Assembly: GCA_019747795.1 (NCBI GenBank)
Contig: JAIEQK010000198.1
Coordinates: 4,647 to 68,646, forward strand
Origin: Gammaproteobacteria bacterium
Lineage (GTDB): Bacteria > Pseudomonadota > Gammaproteobacteria > Ga0077536
Direction of reading: 5' to 3'
Length of the DNA: 64,000 nucleotides
The notes under the pieces are model-generated. The model was not told the origin of the DNA and searched no databases. It saw nothing but the letters and a program-made list of their open reading frames with translations. The position numbers were made by a program, and so were the translations under genes. This document shows, in pieces, positions 21,047 to 29,693 of this stretch (position 1 is the stretch's first letter; every line of letters begins with the position of its first letter).

Positions 21047-21580
21047 ATGTCTAGAGTCGGGAAAATGCCGATTCCGCTGCCGTCCGGAGTCGAGATCAAC
21101 GTCGCTGGCCAGGAAGTCAGCATCAAGGGCGCCAAGGGTGCGATGACGCATCGTGTGCACGACCTGGTCTCCGTCGCGGTGGACGGTGGCGTGGTCAGCA
21201 TCAGCGCGAACGACGAAAGCCAGGCCGCCAACGCGCTGTCCGGCACCACGCGCGCGCTGCTGAACAACATGGTGACCGGCGTGTCGGCCGGCTTCACGCG
21301 CAAGCTCGAGATTGTTGGCGTCGGTTACCGCGCCCAGGTCCAGGGCCAGAAGCTCGCGCTCTCGCTCGGCTACTCGCATCCGGTGGAGTACGCGATTCCC
21401 GAGGGAATCACCATCGAGACGCCCAGCCAGACCGAGATCCTGATCAAGGGCGTGGACAAGCAGCAGGTTGGACAGGTCGCGGCGAACATTCGCGCCTACC
21501 GCCCGCCGGAGCCCTACAAGGGCAAGGGCGTGCGCTACGGTGGCGAAGTCATCGTCAAGAAAGAAGCCAAGAAGAGTTAA
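21047..21580 (+). CDS. rplF: 50S ribosomal protein L6
   Basis: 177 aa: [17 protein letters not shown]...[11 protein letters not shown]. Confidence 0.97.
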   Translation: MSRVGKMPIPLPSGVEINVAGQEVSIKGAKGAMTHRVHDLVSVAVDGGVVSISANDESQAANALSGTTRALLNNMVTGVSAGFTRKLEIVGVGYRAQVQGQKLALSLGYSHPVEYAIPEGITIETPSQTEILIKGVDKQQVGQVAANIRAYRPPEPYKGKGVRYGGEVIVKKEAKKS

Positions 21581-21583
21581 GCC

Positions 21584-21943
21584 ATGGCCAGTGAGAAAAA
21601 GGAATCGAGGCTGCGTCGCGCCCGCAAGGCGCGCGCCAAGATTCGCGAACTGCGGGCGGTGCGCCTCTGCATCAACCGCACGCCGCGCCACATCTACGCA
21701 CAGATCATCGCGCCCGAAGGCAACGCGGTTCTGGTCACGGCGTCCACGGTCGAGAAGACGTTCCGCGCCAGTGGCGAGCACGGCGGCAACATCGCCGCGG
21801 CCGCGTCGGTCGGCAAGCTGATCGCCGAGCGCGCGCTTGCCAAGGGCATCGAGGCCGTGGCTTTCGACCGGTCTGGCTTCAAGTATCACGGCCGGGTCAA
21901 GGCCCTCGCCGACGCTGCCCGTGAAGGCGGCCTGAAGTTCTAG
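21584..21943 (+). CDS. rplR: 50S ribosomal protein L18
   Basis: 119 aa ending [26 protein letters not shown]. Confidence 0.97.
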   Translation: MASEKKESRLRRARKARAKIRELRAVRLCINRTPRHIYAQIIAPEGNAVLVTASTVEKTFRASGEHGGNIAAAASVGKLIAERALAKGIEAVAFDRSGFKYHGRVKALADAAREGGLKF

Positions 21944-21957
21944 GAGTTCACACGAGC

Positions 21958-22467
21958 ATGAGCGTCAATTCGAACAGCGGCGACAACAACGAGGGTTTCC
22001 TCGAGAAACTGATCGCCGTGAACCGCGTGGCCAAAGTGGTCAAGGGTGGTCGCATCTTCGCGTTTTCCGCGCTGACCGTGGTCGGCGACGGCAGCGGCCG
22101 CGTCGGCTTCGGCCGGGGCAAGGCCCGTGAAGTGCCGGTGGCCATCCAGAAGGCCATGGAGAACGCGCGGAAGAACATGCACCGCGTCGCCCTCAACGGC
22201 TCGACCCTGCAGTACCCGCTGTATGGCGAGCACGGCGCCGCAAAGGTCTACATGCAGCCGGCATCCGACGGTACGGGCATCATTGCCGGTGGCGCGATGC
22301 GCGCGGTGTTCGAAGTGCTCGGTGTGCACAACGTGCTCGCGAAGTGCATCGGCACCAGCAACCCGGTGAACGTGGTGCGCGCGACCATCAACGGCCTGAA
22401 GGGCATGGCGTCGCCGGAGGCCATGGCGGCCAAGCGCGGCAAGACGGTCGAAGAGATTCGAGGATAA
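21958..22467 (+). CDS. rpsE: 30S ribosomal protein S5
   Basis: 169 aa containing [28 protein letters not shown]. Confidence 0.97.
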   Translation: MSVNSNSGDNNEGFLEKLIAVNRVAKVVKGGRIFAFSALTVVGDGSGRVGFGRGKAREVPVAIQKAMENARKNMHRVALNGSTLQYPLYGEHGAAKVYMQPASDGTGIIAGGAMRAVFEVLGVHNVLAKCIGTSNPVNVVRATINGLKGMASPEAMAAKRGKTVEEIRG

Positions 22468-22471
22468 GACG

Positions 22472-22657
22472 GTGTCGACGAAGCAACTCAACGTCACCCT
22501 GTGCAAGAGCCTGAACGGTCGTCTGCCGCAGCATCAGGCCTGCGCCCGTGGCCTTGGTCTGCGCCGCATGTGGCAGACGGTCTGCGTGGCTGACACCCCG
22601 GAGAACCGGGGCATGATCAATAAGATCTACTACATGGTCCAGGTTCAGGAAGCGTAA
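22472..22657 (+). CDS. rpmD: 50S ribosomal protein L30
   Basis: 61 aa with a GTG start, between rpsE and rplO, containing GLGLRRM...[12 protein letters not shown]. Confidence 0.93.
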   Translation: MSTKQLNVTLCKSLNGRLPQHQACARGLGLRRMWQTVCVADTPENRGMINKIYYMVQVQEA

Positions 22658-22660
22658 GTC

Positions 22661-23095
22661 ATGCGTCTCAATACACTCAAGCCGGCAGCGGGCGCCAAGA
22701 AGGCCGCCAAGCGTCTTGGCCGCGGCGGTGGCTCCGGACTCGGTAAGACCGCGGGCCGTGGCCACAAGGGTCAGAAGTCGCGCGCGGGCGGCTACCACAA
22801 GGTTGGTTTCGAAGGCGGCCAGATGCCGCTGCAGCGCCGCTTGCCGAAATACGGCTTCCGCTCGCAATCGCTGCGCTTCAATGACGAGATTCGCCTGCAC
22901 GAACTGAACGCGGTGGACGCCAATCCCATCGACCTGACCGCCCTGCAGGCGGCCGGCCTCGTGCGTCATCACACGCAGACCGTGAAGGTCATCCTGTCCG
23001 GGGAAATCACCAAGGCCGTGACCATCAAGGGCCTGGGTGTGACCAAGGGCGCGCGGGCGGCGATCGAGGCTGCAGGCGGCAAGGTGGAAGACTGA
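22661..23095 (+). CDS. rplO: 50S ribosomal protein L15
   Basis: 144 aa: [30 protein letters not shown]. Confidence 0.97.
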   Translation: MRLNTLKPAAGAKKAAKRLGRGGGSGLGKTAGRGHKGQKSRAGGYHKVGFEGGQMPLQRRLPKYGFRSQSLRFNDEIRLHELNAVDANPIDLTALQAAGLVRHHTQTVKVILSGEITKAVTIKGLGVTKGARAAIEAAGGKVED

Positions 23096-23097
23096 AC

Positions 23098-24441
23098 GTG
23101 GCGACGGCGACGGCCAAGATTCCAGGTGGGGTAGCGGGGCTCGGCAAGCTGACCGAGCTGCGCAGCCGTTTCCTGTTCCTGCTCGGCGCCTTGCTGGTGT
23201 TTCGGATCGTCTCGCACATTCCCGTGCCGGGCATCAATCCAGTCGCTCTGAACGCGCTGTTCGATCAGCAGAGCGGCTCGATCCTGGACATGTTCAACAT
23301 GTTCTCGGGCGGTGCGCTGAAGCGGTTTTCGGTGGTGGCGCTCGGCATCATGCCGTACATCTCCGCCTCCATCATTCTGCAGCTCATGACGGTGGTGCAT
23401 CCCAAGCTCGAGCAGCTGAAGAAGGAAGGCGAGGCCGGTCGTCGCAAGATCACGCAGTACACGCGCTATTTCACCGTGCTGCTCGCCCTGTTCCAGGCCA
23501 CCGGCGTGGCTATCATGCTGGAACAGCAGACGGTGGCCGGCATGCAGCTGGTCATTGCCCCTGGCCTGGCATTCAAGATGACGGCCGTGACGACCCTGGT
23601 TACCGGGACCTTGTTCCTGATGTGGCTGGGCGAACAGGTCACCGAACGCGGCATCGGCAACGGCATTTCGATGATCATCTTCTCGGGCATCGTCGCCGGT
23701 CTGCCGCACGCGATTGCCGGAACCCTGGAGCTGTCGCGTACCGGTGAGCTGTCGCTCCTCGTGGTGTTGATGCTGTTCGCGCTGGCGCTCGTGGTGACGG
23801 GCCTCGTGATCTTCGTCGAGCGGGCGCAGCGCCGGATCACGGTGAACTACGCCAAGCAGCAGCGAGGGCGCCAGGTCTATGGCGGCCAATCGACCAATCT
23901 GCCGCTGAAGCTGAACATGTCGGGCGTGATCCCGCCGATTTTCGCCTCGAGCATCATCCTGTTCCCGGCCACGATCGCCGGCTGGTTCGCGAATGCCGAG
24001 GGCATGGACTGGTTGAAGGATATCTCGAGCACCCTGTCCCCCGGGCAGCCGCTCTACGTGATGCTGTACGCCGCGGCCATCGTGTTCTTCTGCTTCTTCT
24101 ACACCGCGCTGGTGTTCAACCCCAAGGAGATGGCGGACAACCTCAAGAAGTCGGGCGCGTTCATCCCCGGTATCCGGCCGGGTGAGCAGACGGCGAGATA
24201 CATCGACGGCGTGATGACCCGGCTGACCGTGGCCGGTGCCATCTACATCACCCTGGTGTGCCTGCTGCCCGAGTTCCTGATCGTCGAATTCAACGTGCCG
24301 TTCTATTTCGGGGGCACGTCACTGCTGATCATCGTGGTGGTGGTAATGGATTTCATGGCCCAGGTGCAGGCGCACCTCATGTCCCACCAGTATGAAGGGC
24401 TCATGAAGAAGGCGAACCTCAAGGGTTACGGGCGCCGGTGA
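23098..24441 (+). CDS. secY: Preprotein translocase subunit SecY
   Basis: 447 aa with a GTG start. It is a multi-pass membrane protein with [16 protein letters not shown] and sits in the canonical rplO-secY-rpmJ position. Confidence 0.97.
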   Translation: MATATAKIPGGVAGLGKLTELRSRFLFLLGALLVFRIVSHIPVPGINPVALNALFDQQSGSILDMFNMFSGGALKRFSVVALGIMPYISASIILQLMTVVHPKLEQLKKEGEAGRRKITQYTRYFTVLLALFQATGVAIMLEQQTVAGMQLVIAPGLAFKMTAVTTLVTGTLFLMWLGEQVTERGIGNGISMIIFSGIVAGLPHAIAGTLELSRTGELSLLVVLMLFALALVVTGLVIFVERAQRRITVNYAKQQRGRQVYGGQSTNLPLKLNMSGVIPPIFASSIILFPATIAGWFANAEGMDWLKDISSTLSPGQPLYVMLYAAAIVFFCFFYTALVFNPKEMADNLKKSGAFIPGIRPGEQTARYIDGVMTRLTVAGAIYITLVCLLPEFLIVEFNVPFYFGGTSLLIIVVVVMDFMAQVQAHLMSHQYEGLMKKANLKGYGRR

Positions 24442-24465
24442 AGAGTCGGCCAAGAGGAATCGAGA

Positions 24466-24579
24466 ATGAAAGTGCAGGCTTCAGTCAAACGCATCTGCCG
24501 GGATTGCAGAGTCATAAAGCGCAAAGGCGTGGTGCGCGTGATCTGCAAGGATCCGCGGCACAAGCAGCGCCAGGGTTGA
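24466..24579 (+). CDS. rpmJ: 50S ribosomal protein L36 (Cys/His zinc type)
   Basis: Absent from the ORF track because it is below the size cut-off. Hand translation gives [37 protein letters not shown] (37 aa), 24 nt after secY. Confidence 0.93.
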   Translation: MKVQASVKRICRDCRVIKRKGVVRVICKDPRHKQRQG

Positions 24580-24610
24580 ACTTCGGAATGAACATTGAGA
24601 GGAAGAGGCT

Positions 24611-24967
24611 ATGGCTCGCGTAGCTGGTGTAAACATTCCCGATCGCAAGCACGCGGTCATCGCGCTGACGGCGATCTATGGCATCGGTCGTACCCGCGCC
24701 AAGCTGATCTGCGCAGAGACGGGTGTGCCGCCGGACTCCTTGATCAAGGATCTGACCGAAGGGCAACTCGACGCGCTGCGCACGGCGGTGGGCAAGTTCC
24801 AGGTCGAGGGTGACCTGCGCCGCGAAGTCAGCATGAACATCAAGCGATTGATGGATCTCGGCTGCTACCGCGGCGTCCGCCATCGTCGCGGCCTGCCGGT
24901 GCGCGGTCAGCGCACGCGCACCAACGCACGCACCCGCAAGGGTCCGCGCCGCATGGTCAAGAAGTAA
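24611..24967 (+). CDS. rpsM: 30S ribosomal protein S13
   Basis: 118 aa: [26 protein letters not shown]. Confidence 0.98.
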   Translation: MARVAGVNIPDRKHAVIALTAIYGIGRTRAKLICAETGVPPDSLIKDLTEGQLDALRTAVGKFQVEGDLRREVSMNIKRLMDLGCYRGVRHRRGLPVRGQRTRTNARTRKGPRRMVKK

Positions 24968-24982
24968 GCTCGGGACTCAGGA

Positions 24983-25372
24983 ATGGCAACATCTACCCAG
25001 CGCACGAAGAAGAAGGTCAAGCGTTCCGTCATTGACGGCGTGGCCCATATTCACGCGTCCTTCAACAACACGATCATCACGATCACTGACCGCCAGGGCA
25101 ACACGCTCGCTTGGGCGACTGCCGGCGGCAGCGGCTTCCGCGGTTCGCGCAAGTCGACGCCCTTCGCCGCGCAGGTCGCGGCGGAGAAGCTGTCTTCGGT
25201 CCGCGATGAGTACGGCATGCAGAACCTCGACGTGTTCGTGAAGGGGCCTGGTCCGGGTCGCGAGTCCGCGGTGCGCTCGCTCAACTCCGCGGGATTCAAG
25301 ATCACCAACATTACCGATGTCACGCCGATTCCGCACAACGGATGCCGGCCGCCGAAGAAGCGAAGGGTGTAA
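24983..25372 (+). CDS. rpsK: 30S ribosomal protein S11
   Basis: 129 aa ending [20 protein letters not shown]. Confidence 0.98.
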   Translation: MATSTQRTKKKVKRSVIDGVAHIHASFNNTIITITDRQGNTLAWATAGGSGFRGSRKSTPFAAQVAAEKLSSVRDEYGMQNLDVFVKGPGPGRESAVRSLNSAGFKITNITDVTPIPHNGCRPPKKRRV

Positions 25373-25378
25373 AGCAAG

Positions 25379-26002
25379 ATGGCTCGTTACATTGGACCGA
25401 AGTGCAAACTGAGCCGGCGCCAGGGCATGGACCTGGGGCTGAAGAGCCGCGCGCGACCGATCGAGACCAAGTGCAACCTGGAGAAGCCGCCGGGTCAGCA
25501 TGGCGACAATCGTGGTCGCCGCCAGTCCGACTATGCGCTGCAGCTTCGTGAGAAGCAGAAGCTGCGCTTCATCTACGGCATTCTGGAACGCCAGTTCCGC
25601 AACTATTACGCCCAGGCGGCGCGCCGCAAGGGCGCGACGGGCGAGAACCTGCTGCAACTCCTCGAGTGCCGTCTGGACAACGTGGTGTATCGCATGGGTT
25701 TCGGCGTCACGCGGGCGGAAGCCCGCCAGCTGGTCAGTCATAAGGCGATCCTGGTGAATGGGCGGAGCGTGAACATACCGTCCTACCAGGTGTCGGCGGA
25801 TGACGTCATCACCGTCCGTGAGCGCTCGAAGAAGCAGACGCGCATCGCTGATTCGCTGGCGATCGCCGAGCAGCTCGGCTTTCCCGAGTGGGTGGAAGTG
25901 GACTCCAAGAAGATGGAAGGGCGATTCAAGACCGTGCCCGAGCGCGCCGACCTGCCGGCCGACATCAATGAGTCGCTCGTCGTCGAGTTGTATTCGAAGT
26001 AA
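25379..26002 (+). CDS. rpsD: 30S ribosomal protein S4
   Basis: 207 aa: [19 protein letters not shown]. Confidence 0.98.
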   Translation: MARYIGPKCKLSRRQGMDLGLKSRARPIETKCNLEKPPGQHGDNRGRRQSDYALQLREKQKLRFIYGILERQFRNYYAQAARRKGATGENLLQLLECRLDNVVYRMGFGVTRAEARQLVSHKAILVNGRSVNIPSYQVSADDVITVRERSKKQTRIADSLAIAEQLGFPEWVEVDSKKMEGRFKTVPERADLPADINESLVVELYSK

Positions 26003-26025
26003 TCGTCTTTTAAGGAGACCGCTTT

Positions 26026-27030
26026 ATGGCGTCAGCATTGAATGAGCTGTTGAAGCCGAAGATCGTCGAGGTACAGGCGGTAGGCCCGCGCGCTGCCCGT
26101 ATCACGATCGAGCCCCTGAACCGGGGATTCGGCCACACTCTCGGTAATGCTCTGCGTCGCGTTCTGCTGTCATCGATGACCGGCAGCGCCATCGTCGAGG
26201 TGGAAATCGAGAACGTGCTCCACGAGTACACCACGATCGAGGGTGTGCAGGAGGACGTCACGGATATCCTGCTGAATCTCAAGGGTCTCGCGATCAACAT
26301 GCACGCGCGCGACGAGGCGACCCTGACGCTCAACCGCCGAGGCCCTGGGCGTGTCACCGCGGGTGACATCGTACTCGACCACGATGTGGAGATTGTCGAC
26401 CCGGCGTATCACATCGCGACGCTGTCGGACAACGGCGAACTCAACATGACGCTACGCGTCGCACGCGGTCGTGGCTACCAGCCGTCGACAGCGCGCCAGC
26501 CCGTCGACGACGCCGACCAGGCGATCGGCCGTCTGAAGCTCGATGCGTCCTTCAGCCCTGTTCGCCGCTGCGCCTACGAGGTGCTGAGTGCACGCGTCGA
26601 GCAGCAGACCGACCTGGACAAGCTCGTGGTCACCATCGAGACCAACGGCACGATCGATCCTGAGACGGCAGTGAAGGAAGCGGCGACGATTCTCCGCAAC
26701 CAGTTGGCCGTGTTCTGTGACATCGCGCCCGACGAACCTCGCCCGAGCGCGCAGGGCCCGGCGCAGGATATCGATCCGATCCTGCTCCGCTCGATCGACG
26801 ATCTGGAGCTGACCGTCCGTTCGGCGAACTGCCTGAAGGCGGAGAGCATCTACTTCATCGGCGATCTGATCCAGCGTACCGAGGTGGAACTGCTCAAGAC
26901 GCCGAACCTTGGCAAGAAGTCGCTGACCGAGATCAAGGACGTGCTGGCAGCTCGCGGGCTGTCGCTCGGCATGCGCCTCGAGAACTGGCCGCCGGCGGGA
27001 CTCTACGAAAGCGATCGTTCGCCCCTTTGA
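26026..27030 (+). CDS. rpoA: DNA-directed RNA polymerase subunit alpha
   Basis: 334 aa with [15 protein letters not shown] in the N-terminal domain and [16 protein letters not shown] in the C-terminal domain. Confidence 0.98.
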   Translation: MASALNELLKPKIVEVQAVGPRAARITIEPLNRGFGHTLGNALRRVLLSSMTGSAIVEVEIENVLHEYTTIEGVQEDVTDILLNLKGLAINMHARDEATLTLNRRGPGRVTAGDIVLDHDVEIVDPAYHIATLSDNGELNMTLRVARGRGYQPSTARQPVDDADQAIGRLKLDASFSPVRRCAYEVLSARVEQQTDLDKLVVTIETNGTIDPETAVKEAATILRNQLAVFCDIAPDEPRPSAQGPAQDIDPILLRSIDDLELTVRSANCLKAESIYFIGDLIQRTEVELLKTPNLGKKSLTEIKDVLAARGLSLGMRLENWPPAGLYESDRSPL

Positions 27031-27057
27031 AGCGCGAACCTAGAAGGCATAGAAACC

Positions 27058-27444
27058 ATGAGACACTCGAACAGCGGGCGTAACCTCAGCCGCGACAGCG
27101 CTCATCGCAAGGCGATGATGCGCAACATGGCTGTGTCGTTGCTGCGCCACGAAATCATTCGTACCACCCTGCCCAAGGCGAAGGAACTCCGCCGCGCCGC
27201 GGAGCCGCTCATCACGCTCGCACGCACCGACACGGTCGCGAAGCGCCGGTTGGCCTTCGCTCGGCTGCGGGATCGTGAAATCGTTACCAAGCTCTTCAAC
27301 GAACTGGGACCGCGCTACCAGAGCCGCCCAGGCGGCTACCTGCGCATTCTGAAGTGCGGATACCGACCCGGCGACAAGGCACTGATGGCCATCGTCGAAC
27401 TGGTTGACAGAGTCCACGAGCAAGCTGCGGGGGAGCCGGCTTAG
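27058..27444 (+). CDS. rplQ: 50S ribosomal protein L17
   Basis: 128 aa: [24 protein letters not shown]. It is the last gene of the alpha operon. Confidence 0.97.
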   Translation: MRHSNSGRNLSRDSAHRKAMMRNMAVSLLRHEIIRTTLPKAKELRRAAEPLITLARTDTVAKRRLAFARLRDREIVTKLFNELGPRYQSRPGGYLRILKCGYRPGDKALMAIVELVDRVHEQAAGEPA

Positions 27445-27846
27445 GCGACCGAGCTGAGCTGGAAGTTAGTGGGCTCGTCCCTGGGAAGGCTTGGGCCGAA
27501 CGAACAGGTTGCAACCGTTGGGGGACGTTTCCGGGAGAGGCGCGTATCGATTGGAGGAGCGAGCAATGCGGATGCTCTCCCCACTAGTTACGCGCCCAGT
27601 ATCGAAAGTAGCTGTCGACTTAAGTCGTTCGAGTCGGGGCCCGGTCGACCCGGAGTGACTCACTTCTATCCTGCCGTCTGAGTCCACTGTAGAGCATCCT
27701 TGCCTGCGACACTGTAACTCGCGAGCCGGAACGCTCGGGGAGCATGAGCGGCGAGCATGTTTGAGGGCGGCGCGCTCCGAAGCGAAAATGCCCAAGCCTA
27801 ATGCGGCCGCCCGTCAACGCCGTAGGCGTTGGATTCACTGACTCCT

Positions 27847-29189
27847 TTACCTATGCCCAAACGGTTGGAAATGCCGACTCCGGGCCACACTTACATGCCT
27901 TAATTGCGTCCTTGAAGGTGGTGTGAGAGCGTGAGCCTGGGCAGGTGAATACCTGCGGCAGATGACGACGGCTGAGAGCCATGCAGCAGAATTGTCGATC
28001 AACGATTGCAGTCCCTCAAGCTGCAAATAGCGCCGCTGTAGTGCCCATTCGTCGTTCTGCTCCAGCAGCATCGCGCCAACCAGCCGCGTAACCGCCGCGT
28101 CGTTAGGGAAGATGCCGACCACGTCGGTGCGCCGTTTGACCCCGGCATTGAGTCACCCCAGCGGGTTAGTGGAGTGGATCTGTGTGCGATGGGCTTTGGG
28201 GAAGGCGAGGTAGCTCAACACCTCGGCCTCGGCCATCAGCGCACCGAGGTTGGGGAATTTGTCGCGAAGTTGGTCGGCGACGATGCGCCAGTGTGCGACC
28301 GCCGCCTCATGCGTCTCCTGGGCGAAGGCGGTGTTGATGGCGGCGAGCAACATTTGCCGTTGTCCCTTGCCTGCGTCGGGCAGCGCATTGCCCAGGAAGT
28401 CCACCTTGCAACACTGCCACGTCGCGCTCAGCACCTTCGACGCCGCGGCCATCAGGCCTTGATGGGCATGGGAGATCACAAGCTTCACGCCGCGTAATCC
28501 GCGCCGTGTCAGGCTGCGCAGGAAGCCTGTCCAGAACGGGCTCGGCTTCGCTTGGCCCGACCGCCATGCCCAGCACCCTCACGCATGCCTTCGATGCCGA
28601 CCCCCACGGCGATTACTACGGCCTTGGACACGATGCGACCGGCCTCACGTGCCTCGACGTAGCTGGCGTCTATCCACAGGTATGGCCAGTCGCCTTCCAA
28701 CGGCCGGTCGAGAAACGCACCGACCCGTTCCTCGAGCTCGGCGCACAGGCGTGACATCTGGCGCTTGGAGATCCCGCTCAGCCTCATCGCCTTGACCAGT
28801 TCGTCCACCGAGCCGGTCGAGACGCCCTGCACGTAGGCTTCCTGGATGACTGCAGCCAAGGCCTTCTCCGCCGTGCGACGCGGCTCGAGGAAGGGCGGGA
28901 AGTAGCTACCGCCGCGTAGCTTCGGGATCTTCAGCGGGATGCTGCCGGCGCGGGTCTCCCACAGGCGCTCGCGGTAGCCAATGCGGCTGTTCTGTCGCTC
29001 GGCACTGCGCTCGCCGTAGGCGGCCCCACAGAGATTGTCGACGTCCATCGCCATCGGGCGCTCGACGACGTGGCCGACTAGGTCACGGAGAAGATCTTGG
29101 TCTGCGCCCTTCTCGACCAGCTCGATCAGTGCAATGCTTGTCTCGGTCATCGTGGTGTTCTCCAGGTCAGTGTTTAGTGTGGTAACCAA
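27847..29189 (-). pseudogene. IS256-family (Mutator-type) transposase, disrupted
   Basis: Four track ORFs (28509..29189, 28307..28582, 28153..28488, 27847..28122) together spell a typical IS256 transposase (WPYLWIDASYVEAREAGRIV, VLGMAVGPSEAEP, FWTGFLRSLTRRGLRGVKLVIS, HSTNPL, KRRTDVVGIFPNDAAVTRLVGAMLLEQNDEW). Lesions are two 1-nt frameshifts (near 28577 and 28538), an in-frame TGA at 28153-28155 where homologues have Arg, and His (28468-28470) in place of the second catalytic Asp (VISHAHQGL versus the remembered consensus visDaH.GL). Confidence 0.85.
27894..27901. repeat. Target-site duplication, left copy (CATGCCTT)
   Basis: An identical 8-mer at 29305-29312 abuts the other IS terminus. An 8-bp duplication is typical for the IS256 family. 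Confidence 0.75.
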
Positions 29190-29304
29190 ACCTTAACCCA
29201 GACCCACGATGGCCGCCGAACCCGGCCCAGCCCGCCCCGCGGGGCGGGCTGGGCCAACCGGGCTCGCTGACCTCACCTCTTACACCACTCGGTGGGACAC
29301 GATC
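27902..29304 (-). mobile_element. IS256-family insertion sequence (1403 bp), transposase inactivated
   Basis: The termini align in register as imperfect inverted repeats. The left end is AATTGCGTCCTTGAAGGTGGTGTGAGAGCGTGAG and the reverse complement of the right end is GATCGTGTCCCACCGAGTGGTGTAAGAG-GTGAG (19 of the first 28 positions identical). The element is flanked by the 8-bp direct repeat CATGCCTT and encodes Mutator/IS256-type transposase fragments. Confidence 0.8.
29224..29255. repeat. Perfect 32-nt G+C-rich palindrome inside the IS, upstream of the transposase start
   Basis: GGCCCAGCCCGCCCC-GC-GGGGCGGGCTGGGCC has 15-nt arms that are exact reverse complements. Confidence 0.9.
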
Positions 29305-29312
29305 CATGCCTT
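29305..29312. repeat. Target-site duplication, right copy (CATGCCTT)
   Basis: Identical to 27894-27901 and directly abuts the IS right terminus. Confidence 0.75.
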
Positions 29313-29693
29313 TTCACGAAGAGTTCCCCGTCAAAGACCGCTTGTCGGCTCGACACCCCGGTATTCCTGACGGAGGCCATTAGCCCCACGGCCCGACTTA
29401 ACTGTCGCGTGCTCGACCTTATCCTCCGGTTAGCGCTCTCATCGAGTGTCGGGAGGCCATAGAGCGCGTGATCTCCCAGCGCTTAGCACCGGAAAGCGCC
29501 AGTTACGACCGAGTCCGGTCGATTGGGGCAACACCCTCTCGTCTCTGTACGACACTTAAGCCTATGACGGCATGCTTCCCGGGCGCCCGCCCAATCTAGC
29601 GTCAAATCCCTCGCTAACTCGCGTCACTTAGCGAGTGAGCCGTATCCATCGGCGCAGACGGTCAATTACTGAGGGCCTCGGTCAGTGTCCTGT

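Noticed and set aside
24438-24623. 61-aa track ORF between secY and rpsM.
   Set aside because: It is in a different frame from the 37-codon L36 gene (24466..24579), which gives a perfect rpmJ translation. The 61-aa product has no recognisable features.
27611-27650. tRNA-like T-loop (GTTCGAGTC) and a 12-nt palindrome (CGACTTAAGTCG) that might mark a tRNA-derived integration site.
   Set aside because: The flanking bases do not form a T-stem, and no acceptor or anticodon arms or CCA-proximal features can be drawn. The match is probably fortuitous.
27466-27838. Three ORFs of 70-109 aa (27466..27795 minus, 27469..27681 plus, 27620..27838 minus) as candidate islet genes.
   Set aside because: They overlap one another and have no start context or motifs I can recognise. 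The composition is not codon-periodic by eye. They are treated as non-coding pending a database search.
29636-29690. Group II intron domain V/VI-like sequence (plus strand GAGCCGTAT...ACGGTC followed by a second hairpin). On the minus strand there is a possible intron 5' end (CTGCGCC).
   Set aside because: - The candidate domain V is only 27 nt.
- It lacks the G.U wobble, the 2-nt bulge and the GNRA loop of the consensus.
- The putative 5' end is not GUGCG.
- No reverse-transcriptase ORF or other conserved intron domains are present.
27445-29693. CsrB/RsmY/Z-type CsrA-sequestering sRNA next to a GacS/BarA-like kinase, suggested by many GGA motifs with some in hairpin loops.
   Set aside because: - I counted roughly 20 GGA triplets in about 840 nt. 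That is only modestly above the roughly 14 expected by chance at this composition.
- Few fit the A(N)GGA-in-loop pattern.
- There is no GacA box (TGTAAG-N6-CTTACA), only a lone CTTACA at 27890-27895.
- There is no terminal rho-independent terminator.

The region is kept only as part of the generic unexplained-region finding.
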